64,000 bases of DNA from an uncultured Gammaproteobacteria bacterium. GTDB lineage: Bacteria > Patescibacteriota > Microgenomatia > JAMCZE01. Positions 63,338-64,000 of the stretch are shown piece after piece; positions within the stretch are counted from its first letter, which is position 1, and each line of letters starts with the position of its first letter. The notes beneath the pieces are model-generated. The model was not told the origin of the DNA, did not search any database, and saw only the letters and a list, made by a program, of their open reading frames with translations. The position numbers and the translations under genes are program-made. Where the stretch lies: contig CAZNUP010000001.1 in assembly GCA_964576435.1 (NCBI GenBank), forward strand, positions 611,030-675,029, read 5' to 3'.

Positions 63338-63423
63338 TGGTGCGGACGAGAGGAGTTGAACCTCCACAACCTTACGGTCACATGCACCTCAAGCATGCGT
63401 GTATACCATTTCACCACGTCCGC
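63338..63423 (-). tRNA. tRNA-Leu(GAG): tRNA-Leu (anticodon GAG), 3' CCA encoded
   Basis: Acceptor GCGGACG/CGTCCGC, anticodon stem CATGC/GCATG with loop TTGAGGT, long variable arm, T-arm GGAGG-TTCAACT-CCTCT, ACCA at the 3' end. Confidence 0.8.
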
Positions 63424-63455
63424 TTATCTTTTTTTTGCATTCTATCAGAATTTTG

Positions 63456-63538
63456 TGCCGAGGGCGGGACTCGAACCCGCATGCCCTGTTGGACACAAGA
63501 TTTTAAGTCTTGCGTGTATACCATTCCACCACCCCGGC
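63456..63538 (-). tRNA. tRNA-Leu(UAA): tRNA-Leu (anticodon UAA)
   Basis: Acceptor GCCGGGG/CCTCGGC (one G-U), anticodon stem CAAGA/TCTTG with loop CTTAAAA, long variable arm, T-arm GCGGG-TTCGAGT-CCCGC. Confidence 0.75.
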
Positions 63539-63543
63539 TTTTG

Positions 63544-63617
63544 CGCTCCCGACAGGAATCGAACCTGTAACCTAGTCGTTAGAACCGACGTGCTCTATCC
63601 AATTGAGCTACGGGAGC
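63544..63617 (-). tRNA. tRNA-Arg(UCU): tRNA-Arg (anticodon UCU)
   Basis: Acceptor GCTCCCG/CGGGAGC, D-arm GCTC-AATTGGATA-GAGC, anticodon loop GTTCTAA on a 4-5-bp stem, T-arm ACAGG-TTCGATT-CCTGT. Confidence 0.7.
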
Positions 63618-63726
63618 AATACTTCTATTTTACCAAACGCTTACTTTTCTTGCTTTCCCGATATTAAAAGCTAAAATGTCCACAAAAGAGAAAACCTAAA
63701 CAAAATTATTTATGGCTTTACACTAG

Positions 63727-63975
63727 TTAATTGGCGGAAGGTCCTTGAATTGCCCAAATCTCTTTTATTTGTCCTTTTTTGCTCTCGTCCACGTTATCAA
63801 CAAGTTGTGTTATATAGTCATCAAATATTGCTGTTAACTCCTTAATAAAAAGTGACTGAGTATCCTGGTCAAACACGCTATCTAACGAGGTGGTGTTTTC
63901 AAATGTTAAGGAGTTGGTATCAATGGATTTTAATTTCTCGGCCATATCTGGCCTCTTCTCTAAAGTTCTAGCCAA
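63727..63975 (-). CDS. hypothetical small acidic protein
   Basis: 82-aa ORF, no recognised motif. Confidence 0.3.
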   Translation of the reverse strand: MARTLEKRPDMAEKLKSIDTNSLTFENTTSLDSVFDQDTQSLFIKELTAIFDDYITQLVDNVDESKKGQIKEIWAIQGPSAN

Positions 63976-64000
63976 AGCTAGCTTAAATACGCCATCAATA

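Noticed and set aside
63340-63667. ORF-track entries 63340-63570 and 63356-63667 (76 and 103 aa)
   Set aside because: They lie entirely over three hand-folded tRNA genes (Leu-GAG, Leu-UAA, Arg-UCU) on the opposite strand; the translations are Cys/His/Arg-rich nonsense.
1-64000. CRISPR arrays, rRNA genes, IS elements with terminal inverted repeats, group I/II introns
   Set aside because: No regularly spaced direct repeats, rRNA-like conserved blocks, transposase ORFs or intron catalytic-core motifs were seen anywhere in the window.

Overview
The window is AT-rich, coding-dense bacterial DNA with genes on both strands. Many genes carry a strong extended Shine-Dalgarno (GGAGGTGA) and many encoded proteins have an N-terminal TM/signal segment with Pro/Thr-rich linkers. 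This style is compatible with a small-genome, possibly CPR/Patescibacteria-like organism; that assignment is inference only.

Content that is well supported by conserved motifs:
- A nucleotide-excision-repair/SOS neighbourhood: lexA (partial, divergent), uvrB, uvrA, a secreted transglutaminase-like gene, a short uvrC lacking the HhH tail, then adk, secG, a family-5 solute-binding protein and a Cho-like DnaQ-exonuclease/GIY-YIG fusion.
- A histidine kinase/CheY-like pair plus a separate OmpR-type regulator, and a DEAD-box helicase with a long leader.
- An ABC-F ATPase followed by an RND efflux pair (HlyD-like adaptor plus AcrB-like permease).
- ClpC, a DsbA-like/peroxiredoxin pair, a Dus tRNA-dihydrouridine synthase and a secreted CX5R tyrosine-phosphatase.
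- An operon of a processive GT2 synthase (QRRRW) plus a GH18 chitinase with two CBM5/12 domains.

The most system-like unexplained locus is at about 49.6-54.1 kb. A BmrR-like MerR regulator (MerR HTH plus GyrI-like effector domain) is divergently transcribed from a second, short class-II UvrA paralog (UvrA2/DrrC/Ecm16-like). The uvrA2 promoter is a TTGACT-19bp-TATTAT promoter with the perfect palindrome TAACGTTACGTTA in the spacer. A 433-aa unknown protein lies downstream of merR. This locus abuts a small integrative element (palindrome-flanked leaderless promoter, small ORFs, a phage replisome-organizer-like Rep, a large serine recombinase) whose recombinase stop overlaps the 3' end of tRNA-Gln(UUG).

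The right end of the window holds tRNA-Val, two tRNA-Leu and tRNA-Arg, an AadA-like nucleotidyltransferase and two small genes each followed by a conserved about 20-31-nt repeat.

No CRISPR array or rRNA was seen. All calls are from reading the sequence and ORF translations; no searches were run.
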